Below are positions 19,359 to 29,215 of a DNA stretch of 64,000 nucleotides, piece by piece. This stretch comes from Acidimicrobiia bacterium. GTDB taxonomy: Bacteria; Actinomycetota; Acidimicrobiia; Spongiisociales; ZC4RG35. Below the pieces are notes generated by a model. It did no database searches. It was not told where the DNA came from and saw nothing but the letters and a program-made list of their open reading frames with translations. Positions within the stretch are counted from its first letter, which is position 1. Each line of letters begins with the position of its first letter. The stretch is from positions 2,784,001 through 2,848,000 of the forward strand of contig CBDBCY010000004.1 in the NCBI GenBank assembly GCA_965203555.1, given 5' to 3'. The position numbers and the translations under genes are program-made.

Positions 19359-21704
19359 GTGGGTGGTGTCGACGGCCGCGACTTGATCCGGGTGACCGGG
19401 GCGCGGGAGAACAATCTCAAGGATGTCAATGTCGAGATCCCCAAGCGCCGTTTGACAGTGTTCACCGGAGTCTCGGGATCGGGGAAGAGTTCCTTGGTTG
19501 TCAATACGATCGCCGCCGAATCACAGAGGTTGATCAATGAGACGTACAGCGCTTTCGCGCAGGGTTTTCTGCCGAAAACGGCGCGGCCCGAAGTCGACGT
19601 GCTCGAAGGGCTGACCACCGCCATCATCGTCGACCAGGAGCGGTTGGGGGGCGACACCCGTTCCACGGTGGGTACCGCCACCGACGCCAACGCCATGCTG
19701 CGGATCCTGTTCAGCAGGCTGGGTCAGCCGCACATCGGTTCGCCCAACGCGTTTTCTTTCAATGTTCCTTCGGTCCGGGCGAGTGGTTCGATCACGGTCG
19801 AGCGCGGCGCCGGCAAAGCGGTGAGGAAGACTTTCAGCCGCACCGGCGGTATGTGTCCCACCTGTGAAGGCCGGGGAACGATGCCCGACATCGACTTGAC
19901 GCAACTCTTCGACGACTCCAAGTCGCTGGCCGAAGGAGCGTTCAAGATCCCCGGCTACAAGGCGGGCGGGTGGATGGTGAAATCTTTCACCGAATCCGGG
20001 TTTGTCGACCCCGACAAGCCGATCCGCGACTACACCGAGACCGAGATGGCCGATTTTCTGCACCGGGAACCGGTCAAGGTCAGGATGATGGGAATGAACG
20101 CCACCTACGAGGGTCTGATCCCCCGGGTCAAGAAGTCGTTTTTCTCCAAGGACCGCAAGTCGATGCGACCTCACATCCGAGCGTTCGTGGACCGGGCCGC
20201 CATCTTCACCGCCTGTGCAGACTGCGGCGGCACCCGGCTCAGCGAGGCGGCCCGCTCCTCCAGGATCGGTGGGATCAACATCGCCGACGCCTGCGCCATG
20301 CAGATCACGGATCTGGCCGGGTGGGTGTGCAGCCTGGACGAGCCGTCGGTGGCGCCGCTGCTGGAGGCCCTGCGGCACACGCTCGAATTGTTCGTGAAGA
20401 TCGGTTTGGGATATCTGTCGCTCGACCGGCCGTCGGGCACGCTGTCGGGTGGCGAGGCGCAGCGCACCAAGATGATCCGCCATCTCGGGTCGTCGCTCAC
20501 CGACGTGACCTACGTGTTCGACGAACCGACGGTCGGTCTGCACCCGCACGACATCCGGCGAATGAACGACCTGTTGCTGAGGCTTCGCGACAAGTCCAAC
20601 ACCGTGCTGGTAATCGAGCACAAGCCGGAGGTGATCGAGATTGCCGACCACGTGGTCGACCTCGGTCCCGGCGCCGGCCGCGAAGGAGGCGAGGTGGTGT
20701 TCGAAGGAAGCGTCGAGGGGTTGCAGGCCAGCGACACCAGGACCGGGCTGCACCTCGACCACCGGGCCTCGTTGAAGCGGTCGGTGCGGAGGCCGTCGGG
20801 GGTTCTGGAGGTGCGGGGGGCGAGCACCCACAACCTCCGCGACGTGGATGTCGACATCCCGCTCGGGGTGCTGGTGGTGGTGACCGGGGTGGCCGGAGCG
20901 GGCAAGAGCTCACTCATCGGGGGCTCGGTGTCCGGCCGGGACGGAGTGGTGACGGTCGACCAGACCCCGATCCGCGGCTCGCGGCGGAGCAACCCGGCCA
21001 CCTACACCGGCATGCTCGATTCGATCCGCAAGGCGTTCGCCAGGGCCAACCGCGTCAAGCCATCGCTGTTCAGCGCCAACTCCGCGGGCGCCTGTCCCAA
21101 CTGCAAGGGCGCCGGAGTCGTCGACTTCGACCTGGCGATCATGGTCAGCGTCCCGGTGGGGTGCGAGGAGTGCGAGGGCAGGGGGTTCCAGAGCGAGGTG
21201 CTCGGCTACCGACTGGGTGGCCGCAACATCAGCGAGGTTCTCTCCATGTCGGTGACCGAAGCCGGGGAGTTCTTCGCGGCAGGCGACTCCAGGGTCCCGG
21301 CAGCCCATCGCATCCTCGGCCGACTTTCCGACGTCGGGCTCGGCTACCTCACCATCGGCCAACCACTCACGACGCTGTCGGGCGGTGAAAGGCAGCGGTT
21401 GAAGCTGGCGATCCACATGGCGGAGAAAGGGGGAATCTACGTGCTGGACGAGCCGACCAGCGGCCTCCACCTGGCCGATGTCGACCACTTGTTGAGACTC
21501 TTGGACCAACTGGTGGATTCCGGCAAGTCGATCATCGTGATCGAACACCATCAGGCCGTGATGGCCCACGCCGACTGGATCATCGACGTAGGCCCCGGCG
21601 CCGGCTATGACGGAGGCCGGATCGTGTTCGAGGGCACACCCGCCGACCTTGTCGCCGACCGGTCGACTCTCACCGGACAGCACCTCGCCGAATACGTGGT
21701 GTAG
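19359..21704 (+). CDS. Class II UvrA-like ABC ATPase (UvrA2/DrrC type)
   Basis: GARENNLK, GVSGSGKSS, LSGGEAQR, second Walker A GVAGAGKSS, CxxC pairs. At 781 aa it is shorter than canonical UvrA. Confidence 0.9.
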   Translation: MGGVDGRDLIRVTGARENNLKDVNVEIPKRRLTVFTGVSGSGKSSLVVNTIAAESQRLINETYSAFAQGFLPKTARPEVDVLEGLTTAIIVDQERLGGDTRSTVGTATDANAMLRILFSRLGQPHIGSPNAFSFNVPSVRASGSITVERGAGKAVRKTFSRTGGMCPTCEGRGTMPDIDLTQLFDDSKSLAEGAFKIPGYKAGGWMVKSFTESGFVDPDKPIRDYTETEMADFLHREPVKVRMMGMNATYEGLIPRVKKSFFSKDRKSMRPHIRAFVDRAAIFTACADCGGTRLSEAARSSRIGGINIADACAMQITDLAGWVCSLDEPSVAPLLEALRHTLELFVKIGLGYLSLDRPSGTLSGGEAQRTKMIRHLGSSLTDVTYVFDEPTVGLHPHDIRRMNDLLLRLRDKSNTVLVIEHKPEVIEIADHVVDLGPGAGREGGEVVFEGSVEGLQASDTRTGLHLDHRASLKRSVRRPSGVLEVRGASTHNLRDVDVDIPLGVLVVVTGVAGAGKSSLIGGSVSGRDGVVTVDQTPIRGSRRSNPATYTGMLDSIRKAFARANRVKPSLFSANSAGACPNCKGAGVVDFDLAIMVSVPVGCEECEGRGFQSEVLGYRLGGRNISEVLSMSVTEAGEFFAAGDSRVPAAHRILGRLSDVGLGYLTIGQPLTTLSGGERQRLKLAIHMAEKGGIYVLDEPTSGLHLADVDHLLRLLDQLVDSGKSIIVIEHHQAVMAHADWIIDVGPGAGYDGGRIVFEGTPADLVADRSTLTGQHLAEYVV

Positions 21705-21852
21705 GCCCAGAAGCCCTCACCCTGCGTTCTCGTCGTCCCGCCACGCCTGCTCGCCGTCCCACAGTTGTCCGGTTGAGATTCTCCTGCTGTCCGAAAGATC
21801 GCGACTCTGTTACTGTGGGAGTCCGCGAGATTCCCTGAAAGGGGTCGAGTAG

Positions 21853-22278
21853 CTATGACCCCTGCGGATAGTCGTAGTTGAACATCCAGTTGATGCCGTA
21901 CTTGTCCGTGCAACCTCCGAAGTAGGCGCCCCAGAACGTGTCGCCCAGCGGCATGGTGACTTTCCCACCCTCGGAGATCTTGTTGAACAGTTCGTCCGTC
22001 TGTTCGCGGCTCTCCGTTTGGTAGGAGATGGAGAAGTTGTTGCCCTGCTCGACGGGCGGAGCGAAGGCGCTCGGAACGTCGCTGCCCATCAGAGCCGTGC
22101 CGCCGATGTCATAGCAGACGTGCATGACCATGTCCATCTCCTCCTCCGGCATGCCCATCCGGTCCGGTATGTCGCGAAAGGTCGCGAACGAGGAGAAGTC
22201 GCCGCCGAACACCGACCGGTAGAACTCGAAGACCTCGCGGCAATTGCCGTTGAAGTGCAGGTAGACGTTGAGCGCCAT
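21853..22278 (-). CDS. VOC family protein (PhnB-like)
   Basis: YLHFNGNCREVFEFYRSVFGG...TFWGAYFG..TDKYGINWM. Confidence 0.9.
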   Translation of the reverse strand: MALNVYLHFNGNCREVFEFYRSVFGGDFSSFATFRDIPDRMGMPEEEMDMVMHVCYDIGGTALMGSDVPSAFAPPVEQGNNFSISYQTESREQTDELFNKISEGGKVTMPLGDTFWGAYFGGCTDKYGINWMFNYDYPQGS

Positions 22279-22435
22279 GAAATCCTCCAGGGTAACTATT
22301 GGCCGTCATCCAGCATATCAAGTCGAATGACCGCGGCCGGCTACCGAGAATATCCAGGGCTCTCCTGGGCCGCAGCAGGACAGAAAGGCGACTACAGGGG
22401 GCTGACCGTGTCCCCTCTCCGATCCGTAAACCTTC

Positions 22436-22957
22436 CTACGATCTCTCGGGAAGCCGGTCCGCAAAGTAGTCCAGTTGGACCGCACAGGCCTCCTCTACCA
22501 GGTGGGGACCGCTCACCTCGATGTGACGCTGGCCGCTTTGAAGAATGTTGCGGCAGCCGACGCCCCGCATGGTGGGGCAGTGGTCGTTGACTCCGGTGAT
22601 TCTCAGCAGGTCGTGTTCGGACATCCCGTACACCGTCCGGTTTATTCCACCCCAGTACATGGCGCCGCTGCACATGGCGCAGGGTTCGCAACTGGTGTAA
22701 AGGGTGGCGGTGGCGATCTGCCCGGGACTGAGGATGGCAACCGCCTTGTTGATCAGGTTGGACTCGGCGTGGTTGAGGGGGTTCCGTTCGGTGAAAGTTG
22801 TGTTCTCGGCTTCGAGGAGGATATTGCCTTCGGGGTCTGCGAGGAGTGCGCCGAACGCCATGTCACCTCTGGCGGCGGCACTGGCGGACAGTTCGATGGC
22901 TCGGCGGAGAAGCTGCATGTCCAGTGCGCCCGAATCTGCTGCATCTGTTTCGGTCAT
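22436..22957 (-). CDS. Nucleoside/guanine deaminase (CDA fold)
   Basis: HAE and EPCAMC zinc motifs. Confidence 0.9.
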   Translation of the reverse strand: MTETDAADSGALDMQLLRRAIELSASAAARGDMAFGALLADPEGNILLEAENTTFTERNPLNHAESNLINKAVAILSPGQIATATLYTSCEPCAMCSGAMYWGGINRTVYGMSEHDLLRITGVNDHCPTMRGVGCRNILQSGQRHIEVSGPHLVEEACAVQLDYFADRLPERS

Positions 22958-23085
22958 GCCGCCGATGCTAAGCGAAAAGGATGGGCGACAGCGTCGCAGG
23001 GGACCTTTATTTGGATCCCCACATCAACCCTCCGACCAGAACAGTGAGAGGATTAGCGGCTGGCATTCCCCTTCCGGACGCCTAT

Positions 23086-23133
23086 TTGACATCTACTGGT
23101 TTGGTGTTATAAAATGGTTTGCAATACAAACCA
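23086..23133 (+). promoter_or_regulatory. Sigma70-type promoter with palindromic operator
   Basis: TTGACA (23086), TATAAA/TAAAAT (23108-23115), palindrome TGGTTTG-N5-CAAACCA (23115-23133). Confidence 0.7.
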
Positions 23134-23147
23134 CACCGGAGGTTCAA

Positions 23148-23780
23148 ATGCGAAGTTCAGAAGGGGGAGAGGCTGCACTCACCCCTCAAGAGAGTTGGGA
23201 AACGATCCATACCACGATGGACAGGACGCGGAGTTCGATGTACCTGGCCGGATCTTCGACGATTCTGCTGCTGTGGGGAGCTCTCACGGCGGTGAGTTAC
23301 TTCTTCGAATACTGGCTCCAGACCGGCGCATCCGATTTGGTGGAGCAAAGCCCATGGGTGAGAGCGCCGTTTTACGGCGCCTTCATAGTCGTCGGAATAG
23401 TCGGCAGCGCCATAATCGGACACCGGGCGGGAAGCAGGAACGTGACGAGGGACGTCAGTAGAGCGGTCGGCATACGGGTATTCCTTTTCTGGGGGGCGGT
23501 GGTGGCGGCGACCTTGTTCATTCCGGCGGCCGCGGGGATGTGGACGGCTGAAGCGGGGCACAACATACCCGTAGTTGCCATCGGGATAGTCACTTTGGGA
23601 TTCATCTTGTTCGGCATCATGACCGACCCGTTGCTGGCGGCGGTTGGGTTTGGGATTGCCGCCGCCTACTTTCTTCCCCGCTTTCTGGCCGGTGACGCTG
23701 CTTACGCGGTTTCGGCGGTGGCGACCCTGGCGGTCGTGGGTCTTGGCGCGATGTGGTTGCGCAAGAGCGGGATCCGGTGA
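23148..23780 (+). CDS. Hypothetical multi-pass membrane protein
   Basis: GGAGG RBS; about six hydrophobic segments. Confidence 0.75.
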   Translation: MRSSEGGEAALTPQESWETIHTTMDRTRSSMYLAGSSTILLLWGALTAVSYFFEYWLQTGASDLVEQSPWVRAPFYGAFIVVGIVGSAIIGHRAGSRNVTRDVSRAVGIRVFLFWGAVVAATLFIPAAAGMWTAEAGHNIPVVAIGIVTLGFILFGIMTDPLLAAVGFGIAAAYFLPRFLAGDAAYAVSAVATLAVVGLGAMWLRKSGIR

Positions 23781-24100
23781 GCGACAAACCTGTCGTCCTT
23801 GATGAGATCGTCCATCAGTCGGTCCGATTGCGAATAATGACTCAGCTGGTCTCCCAGCCGGAGGGGGCCCGGGTTGCGTACCGGTTCATCCAGAAAACAC
23901 TGGATCTGACCGGCGGAAACCTGACCATGCACCTGCGCAAGCTCCGGGATGCCGGTTACGTCGCCATCAGCAAGGAATTCCGGGATGAAAAGCCGTCAAC
24001 GTGGGTACAGGCCACACCCGCCGGACGTCAGGCATTTGCGGACTATCTCGCCGATCTGGAGAAGGTGTTGAACGCAGTAGGGTTCGGGACCGCCGGGTAA
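23777..24100 (+). CDS. Winged-helix transcriptional regulator (HTH_34-like)
   Basis: LDEIVHQSVRLRIM...LTGGNLTMHLRKLRDAGYV...TPAGRQAF. Confidence 0.88.
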   Translation: MSDKPVVLDEIVHQSVRLRIMTQLVSQPEGARVAYRFIQKTLDLTGGNLTMHLRKLRDAGYVAISKEFRDEKPSTWVQATPAGRQAFADYLADLEKVLNAVGFGTAG

Positions 24101-24287
24101 AACATGATGCTTGCTCGCTTTCGGGATTGAGGTCCCGGGAGGTCGAGTTCAAGAGATGCCGACAGATGTCGTCAGCGCCGGTCTGCTGTATGTTTGCTAC
24201 ATGTCCAGGCGGTCCGCCTCGGCCACGTCGGCATCCTGTTCAGATGTCCATAACGAACCGATAAACGATAACCTTTATCCTAAGCAT

Positions 24288-26918
24288 ATGATCTCCGATG
24301 GCGAAGTGTCCCTCCGATTGTCATGGCATAGTCTTTCCCCGGAGGAGGCGACGGCGGAATTGGATTCGTCGCCCGGTGGATTGGCGGGGGAGGAGGCCGC
24401 CGATCGCCTAACCCGGCACGGCCCCAACCAACTGGTCGGCGCTCCTCCCGTCTCTCCGTTCCAGTTGCTGTTGGACGAGTTCCGAACTCCCCTGGTAATC
24501 GTCCTGCTCGCCGCCGCCCTGGTGCTGGTGGGAGTGTCGGTGCTGGGTGAGGACTCGGACCAACTGGTCGATGCCGTGCTCATCGGTCTGATCGTGTTGC
24601 TCAACGCCGGCTTGGGCTTCACGCAAAACTACCGGGCCAACCGGGGCATCGAATCTCTCAACCGGTTGGCCGCTCTGTCCGCCGAGGTCCTCAGAGACGG
24701 TGTGCCCGAGAAGATCGACGCCAAACTGGTAGTTCCCGGCGACGTGGTGCTGCTGGAAGAGGGCGACCGGGTTCCCGCCGACGGGCGTCTGCTGGAGAGT
24801 GTTCACCTACGCATCGACGAATCGGCTCTCACCGGCGAGAGCGTGCCGGTGGCCAAGACCAGCGCGTCGTCACCGGAGGGCGCCATTCTGGCCGAACGCT
24901 CCTCGATGGTTTACAGCAGCACCGTGGTGATGCGGGGGCGGGGGAGGATGCTGGTGACCGACACCGGGATGCGCACCGAAGTCGGAAAGATCGCTGAGGA
25001 GGTGCAGACGACAGACGATGAGCCCACGGTCTTTGAGCGAGAGGTGGGAAAGCTGGCCGTGCGGATCGGGTGGGCAGTAGCCGTCCTGATCGCCGTCGTG
25101 GCGGGGCTGCAACTTCTGATCGGGGAACTGACCGTGCTGGAGACATTCATCACCGCCGTGGCCCTGGCGGTGGCGGCGGTGCCCGAGGGGCTCCCGGTGG
25201 TGCTCACTCTGGCGCTGGCGTTCGGGACTCGGCGGATACTGGAAAGACGGGCCCTGGTGCGCTCCCTGCCGGTGGTGGAGATCGTGGGGGCGGCCCAGGT
25301 GATCTGCAGCGACAAGACCGGGACCATCACCGAAGGGAGGATGACGGTACGGCAGGTCTCCACCGCCAACGAGGACGTGGCCTCCGATCAGGTAGCCGCC
25401 GACGGTGTGGACGGGCCGCTGGCCATGGCAGTGCTGGCGGCGGGCTTGTGCAACAACGCCCACCGTCATCCGGATCACGGTTATGTGGGCGACCCCACCG
25501 AGACTGCACTCCTGGAACTCGCCGACCGCGCCGGGGCGTCGCTGGAAAGCTATGAGCGCAGCGCCGAGATTCCGTTTGCGTCGGAGCGGAAGATGATGTC
25601 GGTGGTGGCGCACCACCCGGGTGACGCCGACGGGCTGATGCTCACCAAGGGTGCGCCCGAGGTGGTCCTGCCGATCTGTGACCGCCTGGCCACGCCGCAG
25701 GGCGTGCTCTCCCTCACCGACGAGCAGCGGTCGGCCCTGGTGGAGAAGAACCGGGCGCTGGCCGGACAGGCCCTCCGGGTCCTGGCGCTGGCCTACAAGC
25801 CGCAGGGCGCCCAAGCCCGGCCCACCGAGGAGGGACTGATCTTCGCCGGTCTGGCGGCGATGAGCGATCCGCCCCGGCGGGAAGCCGCCGAGGCGATTGC
25901 CGCCGCCCGGCGAGCCGGCATTCGGGTGGTGATGATCACCGGCGACCACACGCTCACCGCCGCCGCCATCGGGCGGGAAGTGGGCCTGGAAGGAGAGACG
26001 GTGGAAGCCAAAACCCTGGACGAGATGGACCAGGACCGTCTGGCAGAGGTGATCAGGCACACCGACATCTTCGCCAGGGCCGAGCCCCGCCACAAGGTGA
26101 AGATCCTCAGGGCGCTCAAGGAGGACCACGACGTGGTGGTGATGACCGGCGACGGCGTGAACGACGCTCCGGCACTCCACAACGCCGACGTGGGGATCGC
26201 CATGGGCATCAAGGGCACCGACGTGGCCAGAGATACCTCCGACATGGTGCTCCTGGACGACAACTTCGCCACGATCGTGTCGGCGGTGGAGGAGGGGCGC
26301 CGCATTTTCGGCAACATCAAGAAGTTCGTGAACTACCTTCTCACCGGCAACCTCGCCGAGGTGCTGGTCATCCTGGTTTCAACCGTGTTCGGTTATCTGC
26401 CGATCACCGCCGTGCAGATCCTGTGGATCAACCTGGTCACCGATTCGGGGCCGGCGGTCGCCCTGGCGGTGGACCCGGCGCCCAAAGGGGTGATGCGAGA
26501 ACCTCCCAGCCACGGGGCGGTGCTGGGACGATCGATGGCGGCCCTGGTCGGGACGGTGGGAGTGATCGTTTCCATCATCCTGTTGGCGACATTCTTCGTG
26601 GCCCTCGGCCTCTGGGACTTGGAAACCGCCCGCACCGCCACGTTCACCGGTTTTGTCATACACGAGTACCTGCGCCTGCTGGTCATCCGGGTCCAGGAGC
26701 AAATGCCGCCGTTCACCAACAAGTGGCTGTGGATCTCGGTAACAGTGAGCCTCCTGCTCCAGGTGGGCATCATCTACACGTCCTTCGGCAACATCGCCTT
26801 CGGCACGGTGGCGCTCGGCCTCGGCCCGTGGGTCATCCTCCTGGCCGGCCTGGTGGTGGGTTTCATAACCACAGTGCTGGCCAGCCGATGGGTGGTCCGC
26901 CGCTTCGGCCCCCTCTAA
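24288..26918 (+). CDS. Cation-transporting P-type ATPase (type IIA, Ca2+-like)
   Basis: TGES, PEGL, DKTGT, KGAPE, TGDGVNDAP, QILWINLVTD. Confidence 0.95.
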   Translation: MISDGEVSLRLSWHSLSPEEATAELDSSPGGLAGEEAADRLTRHGPNQLVGAPPVSPFQLLLDEFRTPLVIVLLAAALVLVGVSVLGEDSDQLVDAVLIGLIVLLNAGLGFTQNYRANRGIESLNRLAALSAEVLRDGVPEKIDAKLVVPGDVVLLEEGDRVPADGRLLESVHLRIDESALTGESVPVAKTSASSPEGAILAERSSMVYSSTVVMRGRGRMLVTDTGMRTEVGKIAEEVQTTDDEPTVFEREVGKLAVRIGWAVAVLIAVVAGLQLLIGELTVLETFITAVALAVAAVPEGLPVVLTLALAFGTRRILERRALVRSLPVVEIVGAAQVICSDKTGTITEGRMTVRQVSTANEDVASDQVAADGVDGPLAMAVLAAGLCNNAHRHPDHGYVGDPTETALLELADRAGASLESYERSAEIPFASERKMMSVVAHHPGDADGLMLTKGAPEVVLPICDRLATPQGVLSLTDEQRSALVEKNRALAGQALRVLALAYKPQGAQARPTEEGLIFAGLAAMSDPPRREAAEAIAAARRAGIRVVMITGDHTLTAAAIGREVGLEGETVEAKTLDEMDQDRLAEVIRHTDIFARAEPRHKVKILRALKEDHDVVVMTGDGVNDAPALHNADVGIAMGIKGTDVARDTSDMVLLDDNFATIVSAVEEGRRIFGNIKKFVNYLLTGNLAEVLVILVSTVFGYLPITAVQILWINLVTDSGPAVALAVDPAPKGVMREPPSHGAVLGRSMAALVGTVGVIVSIILLATFFVALGLWDLETARTATFTGFVIHEYLRLLVIRVQEQMPPFTNKWLWISVTVSLLLQVGIIYTSFGNIAFGTVALGLGPWVILLAGLVVGFITTVLASRWVVRRFGPL

Positions 26919-27146
26919 CGGCGACTCGGGGACCGGAACGCTGCCCCTTTGTCAGGGGGAATCTCGTCCATCTACAAACACCCTCTTGAGGGCGGTTCTG
27001 CAATTCCCCTGCCTTGCAAAAGAGTGGCCTCCTCAGCCACCTCCACTAGGGTGCGGTTGAGAAGCGATGGCCAAACACCCCTCTCAGGCTGGGGGGAGTG
27101 CTGAACGGGACCACGCCAGGAAGGCAGAAAGCATCGGAGGAGCATC

Positions 27147-27356
27147 TTGAGCGGCGAAGCCACCGAGCGGGAAGTGGAAGAACGATTCAATATGGTGAGA
27201 GGTCTTTACGGGGACCGCCTGGACAGTGAGCAACTGGAGGGGGTGCGGAAGGGGATCGAGAGCATTGTGGCAGCGTCGCAGGCCTTGAGAGCTGTGAAGC
27301 TCGACAATGGCGATGAGCCGTTCTGGGTATTCGCCCCCTACCGGGAAGAGGGCTGA
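27147..27356 (+). CDS. Small amidase-associated protein (GatC/AtzG-like)
   Basis: 69 aa, GGAGGAG RBS, ends LRAVKLDNGDEPFWVF. Immediately precedes the amidase. Confidence 0.6.
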   Translation: MSGEATEREVEERFNMVRGLYGDRLDSEQLEGVRKGIESIVAASQALRAVKLDNGDEPFWVFAPYREEG

Positions 27357-27360
27357 CATC

Positions 27361-28773
27361 TTGTCGGACAGCTTCGCCTTCATGAGCGTCCGGCGACTGG
27401 GCGACCTGGTTCGCCACCGGGAGGTGTCGCCGGTGGAGCTTGCCGAGTTCTTCCTGGACCGGTTGGAGACGCTGGGACCGGACTACAACGCGGTGGTCAC
27501 CGTTACGCGGGAGCGAGCGATGCGGCAGGCGAGACGGGCGGAGCGGGAAATCGCTTCCGGCCGGTACCGAGGTCCGCTGCACGGCATTCCCTACGGCGTA
27601 AAGGATCTGCTGGCCACGTCGGACGGCATCCCGACGACCTGGGGAGCGGCGCCGCTGCGCAACCAGACCTTCGACTACGACGCCACCGTGATACGGAAGC
27701 TGGAGGAAGCGGGAGCGGTGCTGGCCGCCAAGCTGGCCATGGTGGAGTTGGCCGGCGGCGGAGGCTACTGGCAACCCGACGCCTCCTTCACCGGCCCCGG
27801 CATCACACCTTGGGACAAGACGAGATGGAGCGGTGGGTCGTCCACCGGATCGGGCGCCGCGACGGCCGCCGGCTTGGTGCCTTTCGCCATCGGTTCCGAG
27901 ACTATGGGTTCCATCATGTCGCCTTCCAGCAATTGCGGAGTGACCGGCCTGCGTCCCACCTACGGGCGGGTAAGCCGGTACGGAGCGATGGCTCTTTCCT
28001 GGACGCTGGACAAGCTGGGGCCGCTGTGCCTCACCGCCGACGACTGCGGCCTGGTGCTGGAGGCGATCTCCGGTCCGGATCCCAAGGACCCGACGACGAC
28101 CGATCGAACTTTCAGCTACGACGACTCCGACGTTGGTTCGCGGTATTTTCGGATCGGTGTTCTGGAGAACGTGGCCGACAACACAGATGACGCCACGCGC
28201 CACAACTTCGAGCGGGCCGTGGAAACGCTGGGACCGGTATCGGACTTCGAGAAGGTGCGTTTCTCCGACCTGCCGCACGAGGCGATCAACTACACGATCC
28301 TGTTCGCGGAGGCTGCCAGCGCCTTCGATGAGATTGTGGACAGCGGGATGCTGGCGGAACTGACCGCGCCGGAGGACCGGTTCGGATCCTATCCGCGGGT
28401 GGCGGTGCTGGCGAAGGACTACATCAAGGCGATGCGCCTCAGAAGACTCATGGCCGAGAACGCCGATAAGGTGATGTCACGGTTCGACGCCCTGGTCGGA
28501 CCCTCGCGGGCGGGTGTCGCGCCGGCGCTGAACCAGGATTTCCGGAGGGCGGCCCGGGGCGGAAAGAAGGACGCCATGCTGGGGGTGGGAAACGGGGCCG
28601 GGCTTCCGGCCATATCTGTGCCGAGCGGTTTTTCGGCAGGGGGTTTGCCCACGGGAATCCAATTCATGGGCCGGGCCTATGAGGAGAACGCGGTGTTGGC
28701 GGTGGCCCGCACCTACCAGTCGCTCACCGACTGGCACGAGCGCCACCCTCCCGACCTGCTTCTGCCTGGTTGA
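27361..28773 (+). CDS. Amidase signature family protein
   Basis: GPLHGIPYGVKD, GGSSTGSG, IGSETMGSI, GLRPTYGRVS. Confidence 0.93.
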   Translation: MSDSFAFMSVRRLGDLVRHREVSPVELAEFFLDRLETLGPDYNAVVTVTRERAMRQARRAEREIASGRYRGPLHGIPYGVKDLLATSDGIPTTWGAAPLRNQTFDYDATVIRKLEEAGAVLAAKLAMVELAGGGGYWQPDASFTGPGITPWDKTRWSGGSSTGSGAATAAGLVPFAIGSETMGSIMSPSSNCGVTGLRPTYGRVSRYGAMALSWTLDKLGPLCLTADDCGLVLEAISGPDPKDPTTTDRTFSYDDSDVGSRYFRIGVLENVADNTDDATRHNFERAVETLGPVSDFEKVRFSDLPHEAINYTILFAEAASAFDEIVDSGMLAELTAPEDRFGSYPRVAVLAKDYIKAMRLRRLMAENADKVMSRFDALVGPSRAGVAPALNQDFRRAARGGKKDAMLGVGNGAGLPAISVPSGFSAGGLPTGIQFMGRAYEENAVLAVARTYQSLTDWHERHPPDLLLPG

Positions 28774-28861
28774 GCCGTAAGTTGTCGCCAAGTTCCCGGC
28801 CGTCGCGGCGGTCGATGGCCATGCTGCCCTGGTCGGCCCCCCTCAACAGACAGTGGTGGTT

Positions 28862-29092
28862 TCAGATTGAGTTGCTGAGGTGCGCTCTTTGGTTGTCCTG
28901 CTTTGCCCGGTGAGCCTCCGCCCCGTATCGTATAAGCAATACACCACTAATGGTGGTGAGAGCGGCCAGAATCAGCACGAAGGATCTCTCTCCCGGGGTG
29001 AGCACCAATTCCCCAGAGCCCTGCGAAGCTCCCGCCACCCACATGAAAGCGGCGATGGCTAAGGTGACAACACCGAAGATAACACCTGCCAT
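28862..29092 (-). CDS. Small membrane protein
   Basis: Two hydrophobic segments in 76 aa. Confidence 0.45.
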   Translation of the reverse strand: MAGVIFGVVTLAIAAFMWVAGASQGSGELVLTPGERSFVLILAALTTISGVLLIRYGAEAHRAKQDNQRAHLSNSI

Positions 29093-29167
29093 GGGCTACA
29101 GAAGTATAGAACCCCCATGGTGAGGAGGGCCCACCACCACACAAGCCACATGACGATAGCTTTCTTA

Positions 29168-29215
29168 CAAAGAAAATGAGAGAAGCCCAGCACCCAAAAA
29201 CTTGAACACGCCCTA
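29168..29215 (+). repeat. Solo right-end remnant of the DUF222-HNH element
   Basis: CAAAGAAAATGA..AGCCC..CACCCAAA..TGAACACGCCC|TA matches 37579-37624. Confidence 0.7.
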
